Assembly (NCBI GenBank): GCA_043810925.1
Contig: JBDRNT010000089.1
Span: 1 to 64,000 of the forward strand
Origin: Candidatus Eiseniibacteriota bacterium
Lineage (GTDB): Bacteria > Arandabacterota > Arandabacteria > Arandabacterales > Arandabacteraceae
DNA length: 64,000 nucleotides
Direction: 5' to 3'
Made by a program: the position numbers and the translations under genes. Of the stretch, positions 49,149-57,993 are shown piece by piece. How positions within the stretch are numbered: position 1 is the stretch's first letter; every line of letters starts with the position of its first letter. Below the pieces are notes generated by a model. The model had not been told where the DNA came from and did not search any database. It saw only the letters and a program-made list of their open reading frames with translations.

Positions 49149-49610
49149 ATGGCAAGCATGAAAGGCATACGGATTGTAAGTTCGGGAATTTCGGTCTACG
49201 AGGTCGAAGTCGATCTTGGCGGATACAGTTCGCTGAGGACCGACAGACTGGACGGATTCATCCCCAAGCTGCTTCGGATGTTCCCGGCCATGCGCAAGCA
49301 TGAATGCTACGCAGGCGAGGCGGGTGGGTTCATACGTGAGCTCAATCTGGGTACGGACCTTGCTCACGTCATGGAACATCTGACACTCGAGATGCTTAAG
49401 GTGGCTTCGAAGCAGCAAAAGAGATTCAGCGGATGGACCCGGAAGAAGGGCAAGAACTATGTGATTCACTTTCAAGCGCCGGACGGAGCCACGGGACGAT
49501 GTGCAGCCCGGAGCGCCATAGAGGTGATAGAGGGTATCCTTGAAGGGCGGAATCTGAGCAAGCGGGCCTTGATAAGGGACATCAGAGCATGTATGGAGGG
49601 CGAACAATGA
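49149..49610 (+). CDS. Stand-alone cyanophycin synthetase N-domain-like Zn metalloprotein
   Basis: HEC-x19-HVMEH; GGF..L..GT.LAH..EH..LE pattern; no ATP-grasp or Mur domain follows. Confidence 0.8.
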   Translation: MASMKGIRIVSSGISVYEVEVDLGGYSSLRTDRLDGFIPKLLRMFPAMRKHECYAGEAGGFIRELNLGTDLAHVMEHLTLEMLKVASKQQKRFSGWTRKKGKNYVIHFQAPDGATGRCAARSAIEVIEGILEGRNLSKRALIRDIRACMEGEQ

Positions 49611-50056
49611 GACTGAAGACTCTCTTTGTGGGTTTGCCCCGGGCGAGGGTGCAGAAGGTGGTCTCGTCGGTTGAGGCGGCCTCATCGCTCAGGCTGGGTG
49701 TGACGGTGTGCAGCGATCCCGGTGATAGACTGGGTGAACTTGTCTCGAGGTGTGACGCCGTCTTCATGAACAGACATATCGATGATGCTCGCCTGGACCT
49801 CTCATTGAGTGCGATTCGCGAGCATCGCGACGACGTACCGGTGACGCTCGTGTACGAGTCCGAACCCGACGGAAAGGCTTTCGTCTTCGCGAGAAAATAC
49901 GATTGCTGGCTCTTCAGCGAGAACGACCGGCGGAACAGAACGCTCACACCTGCCGAGGTCGGCGAAGGGTTGCTCAGGGAGTCGGCAAGGGACGAAACCA
50001 AGAAGCGGCTCATGGAGATATCGTTCTCGACCGGACCCTGTTCCACCGGGGAATAG
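49607..50056 (+). CDS. Pseudo-receiver (atypical REC-like) protein
   Basis: ATGA overlap with the previous gene; CDAVFMN and VPVTLVY align with REC beta3/beta4 but phospho-Asp, Thr and Lys are missing. Confidence 0.6.
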   Translation: MRLKTLFVGLPRARVQKVVSSVEAASSLRLGVTVCSDPGDRLGELVSRCDAVFMNRHIDDARLDLSLSAIREHRDDVPVTLVYESEPDGKAFVFARKYDCWLFSENDRRNRTLTPAEVGEGLLRESARDETKKRLMEISFSTGPCSTGE

Positions 50057-50062
50057 CCCGGG

Positions 50063-51907
50063 CTAAGGCATTCTGCGTTTCACAAACCCGATCAGCCGGT
50101 TCTTGGCGTCGCTGCAGTCTCCTCCCTCGATTACGCTCGCGACATAGGCATCAAGGTAGGACAAGCTTATCCGTGACTTTTCCAACATCCTGCCGGCTGC
50201 GGTGTAAGATGCGAAGAAGAATGGATCCCGCTCCAGCGAATCCAGATAGTAAATCAATGCTGCTTGGGTGTCGCCCTCAGCCTCTGCCACCGCCCCAAGC
50301 TGGTGGAAAGCGGCTGCGTTCTTAGACTCAATCTCAAGGGCAGCAAGCGCGAGCCGGCGGGCTTCATCCATATTGCCGTCGAGTCTCTGGACATAGGCCT
50401 TGTTCACCGTTATGGACGGGAACTCCGTGTGCGAGACGTCAAGGAAGTCGATATTTGAGGCAAGGCCGGCCACAAGAAGAACAGTGACCGGAACCACCAC
50501 GTCGCGTGCCTTCCTCAGCCTTATGTCGCCAAGCAGACCCGCGGCCCCCGAAGCGGCGAGTGGAATGAGGAATGCTATTGCGGGAAGCCTGAAGCGCTCG
50601 CAGGCAAAAAAGATTATGCTGACGAGAAGCATGCTCGCATAACCGAGCGTAAGCACCCACAGGTCCCTGTTACCTCTGGCGGCGTAGATCACCCCGACCA
50701 TGGCGAGGGGAAAGATGATTCCGAAATGTATCACAGGCAGGAACAGGTGATGCCATGCCGATCGACGTCCGGAGATGTCCGCGTTGTTGTCGACCTCGTA
50801 TCTGCCTATAGAAATCAAGAGCTTCCTGCCGGCAAGTTTGAGCCACCTGTCCGGACTTTCACTGATGAATCTGAGTGCGCGGTCCCGGAAGAAGGCAGAT
50901 CTCGCAGCCCCGCCGAGTGCGAGTCTGTCGGCCTCGATTCTCACGTGGTCGCCTTCGCCGAAGCGAAACGGATCCATGCCGTCGGTCGCTGCATTGTTAC
51001 CGATGAAGAGGTTGACTCCGAAACTCGAGGTGACCGGGATGATCTCACCCGATACGAGGTAGTTGTGTGAAAGACTCGCGGCTATCGGTATCAGGGCACC
51101 CAGAATGAAGACCGCCGCCTTCGCGTATGCGCGGGACCTGTCAAGGAGCAGTCTCAGTGTCATGAGACCGATCATCAGGATCGTTCCGCCCCAGATGAGT
51201 GTGCTCACGCCGAGAACGGCGCCTGAGGCGATCAGGTTGCCCCGTCTTCTGGCGACTGCGACGCCGATCACGAAGACGAGAAAGGCGACTATTGTCGCGT
51301 AGTACGCACCGGCCGGAGCGGGCAGCTCCCGGCCCCTAAGCACGCTCACCGCATTCATGGTGAACGGCACCGCATGAACATAGAAAAGCCCCATCGCACC
51401 GAGTAAGAACGCCTTACCTATGACGGCCATACGGGTTTCGTCACGCCGTATGAAGAGCAATGTACCGGCCAGCAGGAAAGACATGCACAGTGTCGTCGGA
51501 AGAATCTCGCCCGCGAAGTGATAGAAGCTCCAGTAAAAGGTCATTAGCAGCGACGCAACCAGCGCCACGGACCGGGAGAAGAGTTTCCCGGCAATCATCC
51601 CCATGAGCAGGACGTTGATTGCCAGCAGCATGCTCTGGCAGATCATGACGGCGAATCTGCTGGCTCCCGACAAGTAGTAAATGGCCGCAAGAAAAGCCGG
51701 GTAAAGGGGGCTCAGGAAGAAGGGTTGAGCAGGTGGCGTACCGGCCAGGATTTGCTTGGCCTGGCTGTCATAGACAAGCGGGTTGGCGACAAGATACCTG
51801 ACAAACGCCTGATCCCGGATCTGTAACATGTAGATAACAGACAGTGCAAAGGCGAGGATGGGCGGTACGTATAAGAGCCACTTCGGCAGCCTGTGTTCTT
51901 CCGGCAC
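50063..51907 (-). CDS. GT-C (ArnT/PMT-like, GT39) glycosyltransferase with TPRs
   Basis: PLYPAFLA, NLFIGNN, ERFRLP, multi-pass membrane, C-terminal TPR. Confidence 0.85.
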   Translation of the reverse strand: MPEEHRLPKWLLYVPPILAFALSVIYMLQIRDQAFVRYLVANPLVYDSQAKQILAGTPPAQPFFLSPLYPAFLAAIYYLSGASRFAVMICQSMLLAINVLLMGMIAGKLFSRSVALVASLLMTFYWSFYHFAGEILPTTLCMSFLLAGTLLFIRRDETRMAVIGKAFLLGAMGLFYVHAVPFTMNAVSVLRGRELPAPAGAYYATIVAFLVFVIGVAVARRRGNLIASGAVLGVSTLIWGGTILMIGLMTLRLLLDRSRAYAKAAVFILGALIPIAASLSHNYLVSGEIIPVTSSFGVNLFIGNNAATDGMDPFRFGEGDHVRIEADRLALGGAARSAFFRDRALRFISESPDRWLKLAGRKLLISIGRYEVDNNADISGRRSAWHHLFLPVIHFGIIFPLAMVGVIYAARGNRDLWVLTLGYASMLLVSIIFFACERFRLPAIAFLIPLAASGAAGLLGDIRLRKARDVVVPVTVLLVAGLASNIDFLDVSHTEFPSITVNKAYVQRLDGNMDEARRLALAALEIESKNAAAFHQLGAVAEAEGDTQAALIYYLDSLERDPFFFASYTAAGRMLEKSRISLSYLDAYVASVIEGGDCSDAKNRLIGFVKRRMP

Positions 51908-51949
51908 GCATACCTCCTCAAGCAGTCTCCGGCCTGGAGAATCGCGACG

Positions 51950-51978
51950 ATGTTAGCAGAAGCGCCCCGAACCGTCAA
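51950..51978 (-). promoter_or_regulatory. Sigma-70 promoter for the GT-C gene
   Basis: TTGACG-N17-TAACAT; the -35 lies inside the left arm of the palindrome. Confidence 0.6.
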
Positions 51979-52063
51979 TAATGGGGTCAGAGCTCAAAAG
52001 GTGACTCTTGTGGGGTCAGAGCTCAGGTTTGCACCTTTTGAGCTCTGACCCCATTATTGACGG
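51972..52063. repeat. 32-bp perfect inverted repeat (GGGGTCAG family) with an internal half copy
   Basis: ccgtcaataatggggtcagagctcaaaaggtg (51972-52003) and its exact reverse complement (52032-52063). Confidence 0.92.
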
Positions 52064-52085
52064 GGACCGGTGCGAGCAGTAGTAT
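52057..52085 (+). promoter_or_regulatory. Sigma-70 promoter for the glmS operon
   Basis: TTGACG-N17-TAGTAT; the -35 lies inside the right arm of the palindrome. Confidence 0.62.
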
Positions 52086-52296
52086 GTAGTACACGCAAGC
52101 CCCCGTTAGAAGGCGCTGGTTGATGGCAATAGATAACGTGGCATCAGGAAACCTGACCCCGCCGGGGGTGTTTCATATTTCATGGATAGTTTTCTCAAGT
52201 ATGATATACTCATTTGGAAGAACATATCTGATGGTCGGGTCGATAGTGGATCCACCGGAGCTCTCTATGCAGTGAGAGAGCAGGGAGGACTTTGCT

Positions 52297-54129
52297 TTGT
52301 GTGGAATAATAGGTTACGTAGGCAGTAAAGACGTACTACCCCTCTTGATCGAGGGACTCAAACGCCTGGAATACAGAGGCTATGATTCGGCCGGAGTCGC
52401 CATCCATAGTGGCGGCAAGGTTCTCGTTGAGAAGGTAGCCGGGAAGATCAGCGCACTCGAAGAGAGGCTCGCCACGGTTGACCTCAAAGGCTCAAGCGGA
52501 ATCGGCCACACGCGATGGGCGACCCACGGAGTGCCGTCCCAGACAAACGCGCACCCGCACGTCGACTGTGCCTCCAGAGTAGCTCTGGTTCATAACGGGA
52601 TAATAGAAAACTGCAATGTCCTTCGGAGTATGCTCACGAAGGAAGGCCATTCGTTCAGGACCGATACCGACACCGAGGTGCTGGCCCATCTGATCGAGAG
52701 ATTCTGTGAACGCGGCAAGCCGCTTGAGGAATCTGTTCGGGGAGCACTTCGCATGGTCAAGGGAACCTACGGGCTTGCAGTCATATCGGCCGATGAACCC
52801 GGAAAGATAGTGGCGGCCAGACATGGAAGTCCCCTGGTGATCGGCGTCGGTGATAATGAGAACTTCGTGGCATCGGATGTGCCGGCAATCTTAAGTCACA
52901 CCCGGGATGTGGTTTACCTGGATGACGGTGAGGTGGCTGTCCTTACCAAGGACGGTTTCAGCACGGTCACGAGCGACGACCAGGAAGTGATCAAAGAAGT
53001 CGAGAGAATCACATGGGACCTCGAGATGGCCGAAAAGGGCGGGTTCCCGCATTTCATGCTGAAGGAGATCTTCGAGCAGCCGCAGAGCATCATGAATGCG
53101 ATGGCGGGCAGGACCGTACCCGAGACGGGACAGGCACACCTGGGTGGTGTCACTCTGACAGATGACGAGATTCGTAACATCTCGAGAATCGTGATCACGG
53201 CTTGCGGCACTTCATGGCATGCTGGGTTGATCGGTGAGTATATGCTGGAGGAGTACACGCGAATACCGGTTGAGGTCGAGTACGCATCCGAGTTCAGGTA
53301 TCGCGATCCCCTGGTCGACCCCTCTTCCGTCGTGGTGGTGATCAGCCAGTCAGGGGAGACCGCCGACACGCTCGCTGCCATGAGGGAAGCTCAGCAGAAG
53401 GGTTCCAAGGCAGTCGGAATATGCAACGTGGTGGGCAGCACGATTGCCAGAGAGTCCGACTGCGGTACGTATGTCCACGCCGGACCCGAGATAGGGGTCG
53501 CCTCGACAAAGGCCTTTACGTCCCAGGTGATAGTCGAGATGCTGCTCACACTGCACCTCGCAGAGACCCGGCTCGGACGGTTCGAAGCCGGGCGCGAGAT
53601 AGTCAGAGCGCTCCAGAGGCTGCCTGAGCAGGTCCAGGGTATCCTTGAAAGGAGCGAGGAGATCAAGAAGATCGCGCTCGAGTACGCGAGCAGCAACAAC
53701 TTCCTCTACCTGGGCAGGGGTTCCAACTTCCCGGTTGCCCTGGAGGGCGCTCTTAAGCTTAAAGAGATAAGCTACATCCATGCGGAGGGCTACCCCGCGG
53801 CCGAAATGAAACACGGCCCCATCGCTCTGATTGACGATAAGATGCCGGTGGTCGTTATCGCTGTGAAGGACAGTGCCTACGATAAGATCATGGGTAACAT
53901 CGAAGAGGTGAGGGCCAGGGGCGGCCGGATTCTGGCCATAGCAAGCGAGGGAGACGGGGAGATCGCCAAGAAGGTCGACCGCGTTATCTATGTCCCGATG
54001 ACCTTGCCGGCGTTGACTCCCATTCTGTCGGTCATTCCCCTCCAGTTGCTTGCCTATCATATAGCGGTCAGCAGAGGGTGTAACGTAGACCAGCCAAGAA
54101 ATCTTGCGAAGAGCGTAACAGTGGAATAA
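52297..54129 (+). CDS. glmS: Glutamine-fructose-6-phosphate transaminase
   Basis: MCGIIG, LEYRGYDSAG, GHTRWATHG, terminal PRNLAKSVTVE. Confidence 0.98.
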   Translation: MCGIIGYVGSKDVLPLLIEGLKRLEYRGYDSAGVAIHSGGKVLVEKVAGKISALEERLATVDLKGSSGIGHTRWATHGVPSQTNAHPHVDCASRVALVHNGIIENCNVLRSMLTKEGHSFRTDTDTEVLAHLIERFCERGKPLEESVRGALRMVKGTYGLAVISADEPGKIVAARHGSPLVIGVGDNENFVASDVPAILSHTRDVVYLDDGEVAVLTKDGFSTVTSDDQEVIKEVERITWDLEMAEKGGFPHFMLKEIFEQPQSIMNAMAGRTVPETGQAHLGGVTLTDDEIRNISRIVITACGTSWHAGLIGEYMLEEYTRIPVEVEYASEFRYRDPLVDPSSVVVVISQSGETADTLAAMREAQQKGSKAVGICNVVGSTIARESDCGTYVHAGPEIGVASTKAFTSQVIVEMLLTLHLAETRLGRFEAGREIVRALQRLPEQVQGILERSEEIKKIALEYASSNNFLYLGRGSNFPVALEGALKLKEISYIHAEGYPAAEMKHGPIALIDDKMPVVVIAVKDSAYDKIMGNIEEVRARGGRILAIASEGDGEIAKKVDRVIYVPMTLPALTPILSVIPLQLLAYHIAVSRGCNVDQPRNLAKSVTVE

Positions 54130-54130
54130 G

Positions 54131-55900
54131 GTGATAACGAAGTTGAATCTCGCCCACCTTCTGGTTGCCTGTCTTCCGGTTTTCGTGATTGCGTACCTCG
54201 TCTATGGGCGCTTCATCAGCCGTGTCTTCGGTGAGGACGGACGCAGAATAACCCCGGCCCGGGCAATGGAGGACGGAAAGGATTACGTCCCCGCCAATCC
54301 TCTGGTTCTTTTCAGTCATCACTTCGCATCAATAGCCGGTGGTGGTCCCGTGGTAGGGCCCGCGGTTGCGCTTGTCTTCGGATACGGACCCGCCTGGCTC
54401 TGGATCGTACTTGGTGCTGTTTTCATTGGTGCGGTTCACGACTTCTCATCACTCTTTGTCAGCATACGGGAAGGTGGGAAGTCCATTGCAGAGGTGGCGG
54501 AGCGCTATCTTGGAAGGCGAGGCTTCGTTCTTTTCATATCATTCGCGGTTGTCTACATACTGCTGGTCACATCTGCTTTTCTCCAAATGACGGCCACGGC
54601 TCTGACCTCGCTTGTGCCGGTTGAATCTTTGAATCTTCAGGGTACCGAGACGCTGCTCAAGACAACCGTGTCTGAGGGCAAGACCTTTGTAAGGATCGGA
54701 GGCATCGCCTCCACATCGGTCATATTCATCACCTGCCTGGCGCCGCTTTTGGGCTGGCTCCTCTACCGGAAATCGCTCAGGGCTTCGCTTGCCGCCGTAT
54801 TCGCCATAGCAGTTGCGGTGGGGTCGATAAGAATCGGGCTCAAGTATCCTGTAAGCATAGGGCCCTCTACGTGGATGCTGATTCTCTCGGTCTATGTTTT
54901 CTTTGCCTCAGGCATTCCTGTCTGGGTGATCCTCCAGCCGCGAGACTTCACCAACGCCTTCATTCTCTTCGGTGGGATCATAGGTCTGGTGACTGCGACT
55001 ATTGTCGGGGGACTGAAAGGTATGACGCTCTCCGCCCCGTCGTTTGACCTCGCCTCCGGGCAGGATGCACTGGGCAGCCTTTGGCCCTTTCTCTTCATAA
55101 CCATTGCCTGCGGTGCGATCTCAGGCTTCCACGCGCTCGTTGCGAGTGGGACTACATCGAAACAGATATCAAGCGAGACACATGCGAAGAGAATCGGTTA
55201 CGGTGGTATGCTCCTGGAGGGCGTGCTTGCGGTTTGTGTGGTGACGGCGATTGCCGGGGGGATCAAGTTTGCCGCATACAAGAGCATCGTCTTTCCGGAA
55301 GTGGGAAGATCCAATCCCATCCTCGGCTTCGCAATGGGAATGGGAGGGTTGCTTTACAGAAGTCTCGGCGTAAACCAGGCCTACGGCACCGTATTCGGTA
55401 TCCTCATGGTCGAGGGTTTCGTGGTGACGACGCTTGATACAGCCGTCAGACTCAACAGGTACCTCTTTGAGGGTTTGTGGAAATCGGTATTCAGAGAGCC
55501 GCCCCGCATCCTGAGGAGTTACTACTTTAATTCGCTCTTGTGCGTGGTATTGATGTTGATACTTGCGAAGACAAATGCCTTTCTCTCGATCTGGCCGATA
55601 TTCGGTACCGCGAACCAGCTTCTGGCCGCGCTGACCCTGACGGTCGTCACCGTCTGGTTGATGAGAAAGCGGAAGCCCTTCATCTTTGCCCTTCTGCCTG
55701 CCGGGTTCATGATTGCCACAACTACGGCGGCACTCATAAAGCTACTCTTCACGAAGTACCTGCCCCAGCGTAACATCACGCTGACGATTGCCGACATCCT
55801 GCTCCTGGGGCTCTCGATCGCTTTTGTCCTGCTGGCGGTGTCAATCTTAAGAAAGAGAGGGGACAGAGAAAATGAACCTGTACGAGGTGAAGTCGCCTGA
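54131..55900 (+). CDS. cstA: Carbon starvation CstA-family transporter
   Basis: HHFASIAGGGPVVGP, GAVHD, TIACGAISGFH, WPIFGTANQLL. Confidence 0.93.
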   Translation: MITKLNLAHLLVACLPVFVIAYLVYGRFISRVFGEDGRRITPARAMEDGKDYVPANPLVLFSHHFASIAGGGPVVGPAVALVFGYGPAWLWIVLGAVFIGAVHDFSSLFVSIREGGKSIAEVAERYLGRRGFVLFISFAVVYILLVTSAFLQMTATALTSLVPVESLNLQGTETLLKTTVSEGKTFVRIGGIASTSVIFITCLAPLLGWLLYRKSLRASLAAVFAIAVAVGSIRIGLKYPVSIGPSTWMLILSVYVFFASGIPVWVILQPRDFTNAFILFGGIIGLVTATIVGGLKGMTLSAPSFDLASGQDALGSLWPFLFITIACGAISGFHALVASGTTSKQISSETHAKRIGYGGMLLEGVLAVCVVTAIAGGIKFAAYKSIVFPEVGRSNPILGFAMGMGGLLYRSLGVNQAYGTVFGILMVEGFVVTTLDTAVRLNRYLFEGLWKSVFREPPRILRSYYFNSLLCVVLMLILAKTNAFLSIWPIFGTANQLLAALTLTVVTVWLMRKRKPFIFALLPAGFMIATTTAALIKLLFTKYLPQRNITLTIADILLLGLSIAFVLLAVSILRKRGDRENEPVRGEVA

Positions 55901-56258
55901 CGCTCCGCGGGCGCTCGGCCCATACAGCCAGGCCGTAGAAACGGAGGCCGGCCGGTACATCTTTGTCTCCGGTCAGCTCGGGATCGACGTCGCATCGGGT
56001 GAGTTGATTGCCGATACGATAGAGGAGCAAACGAGGAAGGCTCTCGAGAACCTGATGGCAGTCGTCGGGGCGGCCGGGTGCGGCGAGGGTTCAATTGTAA
56101 AGACGACGATCTATCTTAAGCGAATTGAGGATTTTGCTGCGGTCAACGAGGTTTACGCTGATTTTATGAAACCTCCGTACCCGGCGCGTGCGTGTGTCGC
56201 GGTCGCCGGGCTGCCCAAGGGGGCGCTCGTAGAGATAGACGCGATTGCCGTGAAATAG
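55872..56258 (+). CDS. ridA: RidA-family enamine/imine deaminase
   Basis: GPYSQA, SGQLG, PARACVAV..LPKGALVEID. Confidence 0.93.
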   Translation: MNLYEVKSPDAPRALGPYSQAVETEAGRYIFVSGQLGIDVASGELIADTIEEQTRKALENLMAVVGAAGCGEGSIVKTTIYLKRIEDFAAVNEVYADFMKPPYPARACVAVAGLPKGALVEIDAIAVK

Positions 56259-56269
56259 GGAGAGGTACA

Positions 56270-57316
56270 ATGGCAATGAAAGATGTCAGACTCACAGAGC
56301 TCGTAAGCTGTGCCGGTTGAGCCTCAAAGGTAGGTCCGGGTGACCTGCAGGAGATCTTAAAGGGGCTCGACCTCGGTACGAGCAGGCGACTGCTTGTGGG
56401 AAGAAACACACTGGACGACGCCGCGGTCTACCGGCTCGATGGTGAAGAAGCTCTGGTTTCGACAGTCGACTTCTTCACTCCCGTCGTCGACAACCCGAGA
56501 AGCTACGGGAGGATTGCGGTCAGTAACGCCCTCAGCGATGTATATGCAATGGGGGGGAAGCCGGTGCTTGCCCTCAACATACTCTGCTTCTCGGAAGAGA
56601 GTATTGCGAAGCGTGTAATACGGGAAATCCTCAGAGGGGGTGCCGAGAAGGCGAAGGAGGCAGGAGTGGTTATAGGCGGGGGACACTCCATTGAAGATAA
56701 GGAACTTAAGTACGGACTCTGTGTTTCAGGTACTGTGAGGCCCGACCGTGTCGTACGCAATTCGGGCGCCCGGGTGGGCGATGTGGTGATACTCACCAAA
56801 CCGCTCGGGATCGGGCTGATGACTACCGGCCTTAAGTTCGGCCTCTTGAAGAAGTCGGCGATTCGCAAGGTCACTCGAGTTATGGAAGAGCTCAATGCCG
56901 TACCGTCGAAGATCATGATGCGTCTTGGTGTCCACTCATGCACCGACATAACCGGCTTCGGGTTTCTCGGACATACCTCGGAGCTGGCCGACGCGAGCAA
57001 GGTGGATATTGAGATAGATTTCACGAAACTGCCGATTATGCCGGAGGCCTACGAGATGTTGAAAGCCGAGGCGATCGCCGGTGGTCTCTGGACCAACAAG
57101 ATGTTCGTATCTCCGAGGGTCGTGGCAAAAAACGTCTCGGATGCGGAACTCAACGTCCTTTACGATCCCCAGACCTCGGGTGGACTTCTGATCACGCTTG
57201 ACGGCAGGAAAGCCGGTATGATGCTCGAGCAACTCCACCGGGCGGGTGTCAAGCAGGCACGAGCAGTCGGAAAAGTCTTTGCCGAAGGCAGGGGTCGCAT
57301 TATAGTTAGGAAGTGA
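56270..57316 (+). CDS. selD: Selenide, water dikinase, selenocysteine-containing (UGA at 56318-56320)
   Basis: MAMKDVRLTELVSCAG-U-ASKVGPGDL in frame with ORF 56396..57316; DFFTP, TDITGFG, DPQTSGGLL. Confidence 0.95.
56330..56348 (+). promoter_or_regulatory. Bacterial SECIS-like hairpin
   Basis: gtaggtc-cgggt-gacctgc starting 10 nt after the in-frame UGA; G-containing loop. Confidence 0.7.
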
Positions 57317-57330
57317 GCAATGTCGAGTGA

Positions 57331-57427
57331 GGGAATGGATGGGTTCTGGTGGACCTCAAGGACTTCAAATCCTCTGTCGGGTGCTAGTACCATCCGAGGT
57401 GGGTTCGATTCCCACACATTCCCGCCA
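57331..57427 (+). tRNA. selC: tRNA-Sec(TCA)
   Basis: 97 nt; anticodon loop CT-TCA-AA; long variable arm; GGTTCGATTCC; GCCA end; follows selD. Confidence 0.95.
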
Positions 57428-57444
57428 CGAAGCGAGGGTATGAT

Positions 57445-57957
57445 TTGAAACCAGGAATGGTATTCCTTCTGAGCGGGATCGCCCTCCTTCTCCTTGCATC
57501 CTCGCTCCTTGCGGATGACGGAAGCACCGAGATTGATGAGGCCGCTCGACCCGATACGACCACCACCATGCCGATCTCGCTTATCGGCGTCGGAAACGGC
57601 TTCCACCTGGAGAACGAGCCGGACTTCAAGCATTCACCCCAGAAGAGCGTTCTTTTCTCCACGATACTTCCCGGCCTGGGCCAGGCCCAGAACGGGAGAT
57701 GGACCAAGGCATCGGCGTTCGTTGTCGTGGGTTCGCTTCTTGTCACCAAGATAATCGTCCAGTCCGAGAGGGCGGACAGGTACCTCTATCTCTCCAGACA
57801 GGCCACGACAAATGACGAGGCCGAAGTACTCTATGGCAGCTACATCGACCACTTCGACCGGAGGGATAGGTTGATCTGGTGGGCGGTAGGGTTCTGGGTC
57901 TACAACATGATCGACGCCTACATCGACGGCCATCTCTTCGAGTTCTCAAGCCAGTAG
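57445..57957 (+). CDS. DUF5683-like membrane protein
   Basis: SP.KS..FS.ILPGLGQ..N..W.K; NMIDAYIDGHL. Confidence 0.78.
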   Translation: MKPGMVFLLSGIALLLLASSLLADDGSTEIDEAARPDTTTTMPISLIGVGNGFHLENEPDFKHSPQKSVLFSTILPGLGQAQNGRWTKASAFVVVGSLLVTKIIVQSERADRYLYLSRQATTNDEAEVLYGSYIDHFDRRDRLIWWAVGFWVYNMIDAYIDGHLFEFSSQ

Positions 57958-57993
57958 AGGCATTTGTTTCAGTGACGGTTCCGGAGGTTCAAA

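Noticed and set aside
51961-52075. glmS ribozyme (AGCGCC..GAAC...TTGACG.GG upstream of glmS)
   Set aside because: The downstream core (GACGAGG, TATCGA, GGCGG) is missing, and the match is explained by the palindrome and lies upstream of the predicted TSS
57331-57445. Element integrated at selC
   Set aside because: Followed directly by DUF5683-lepB; no att duplication or integrase
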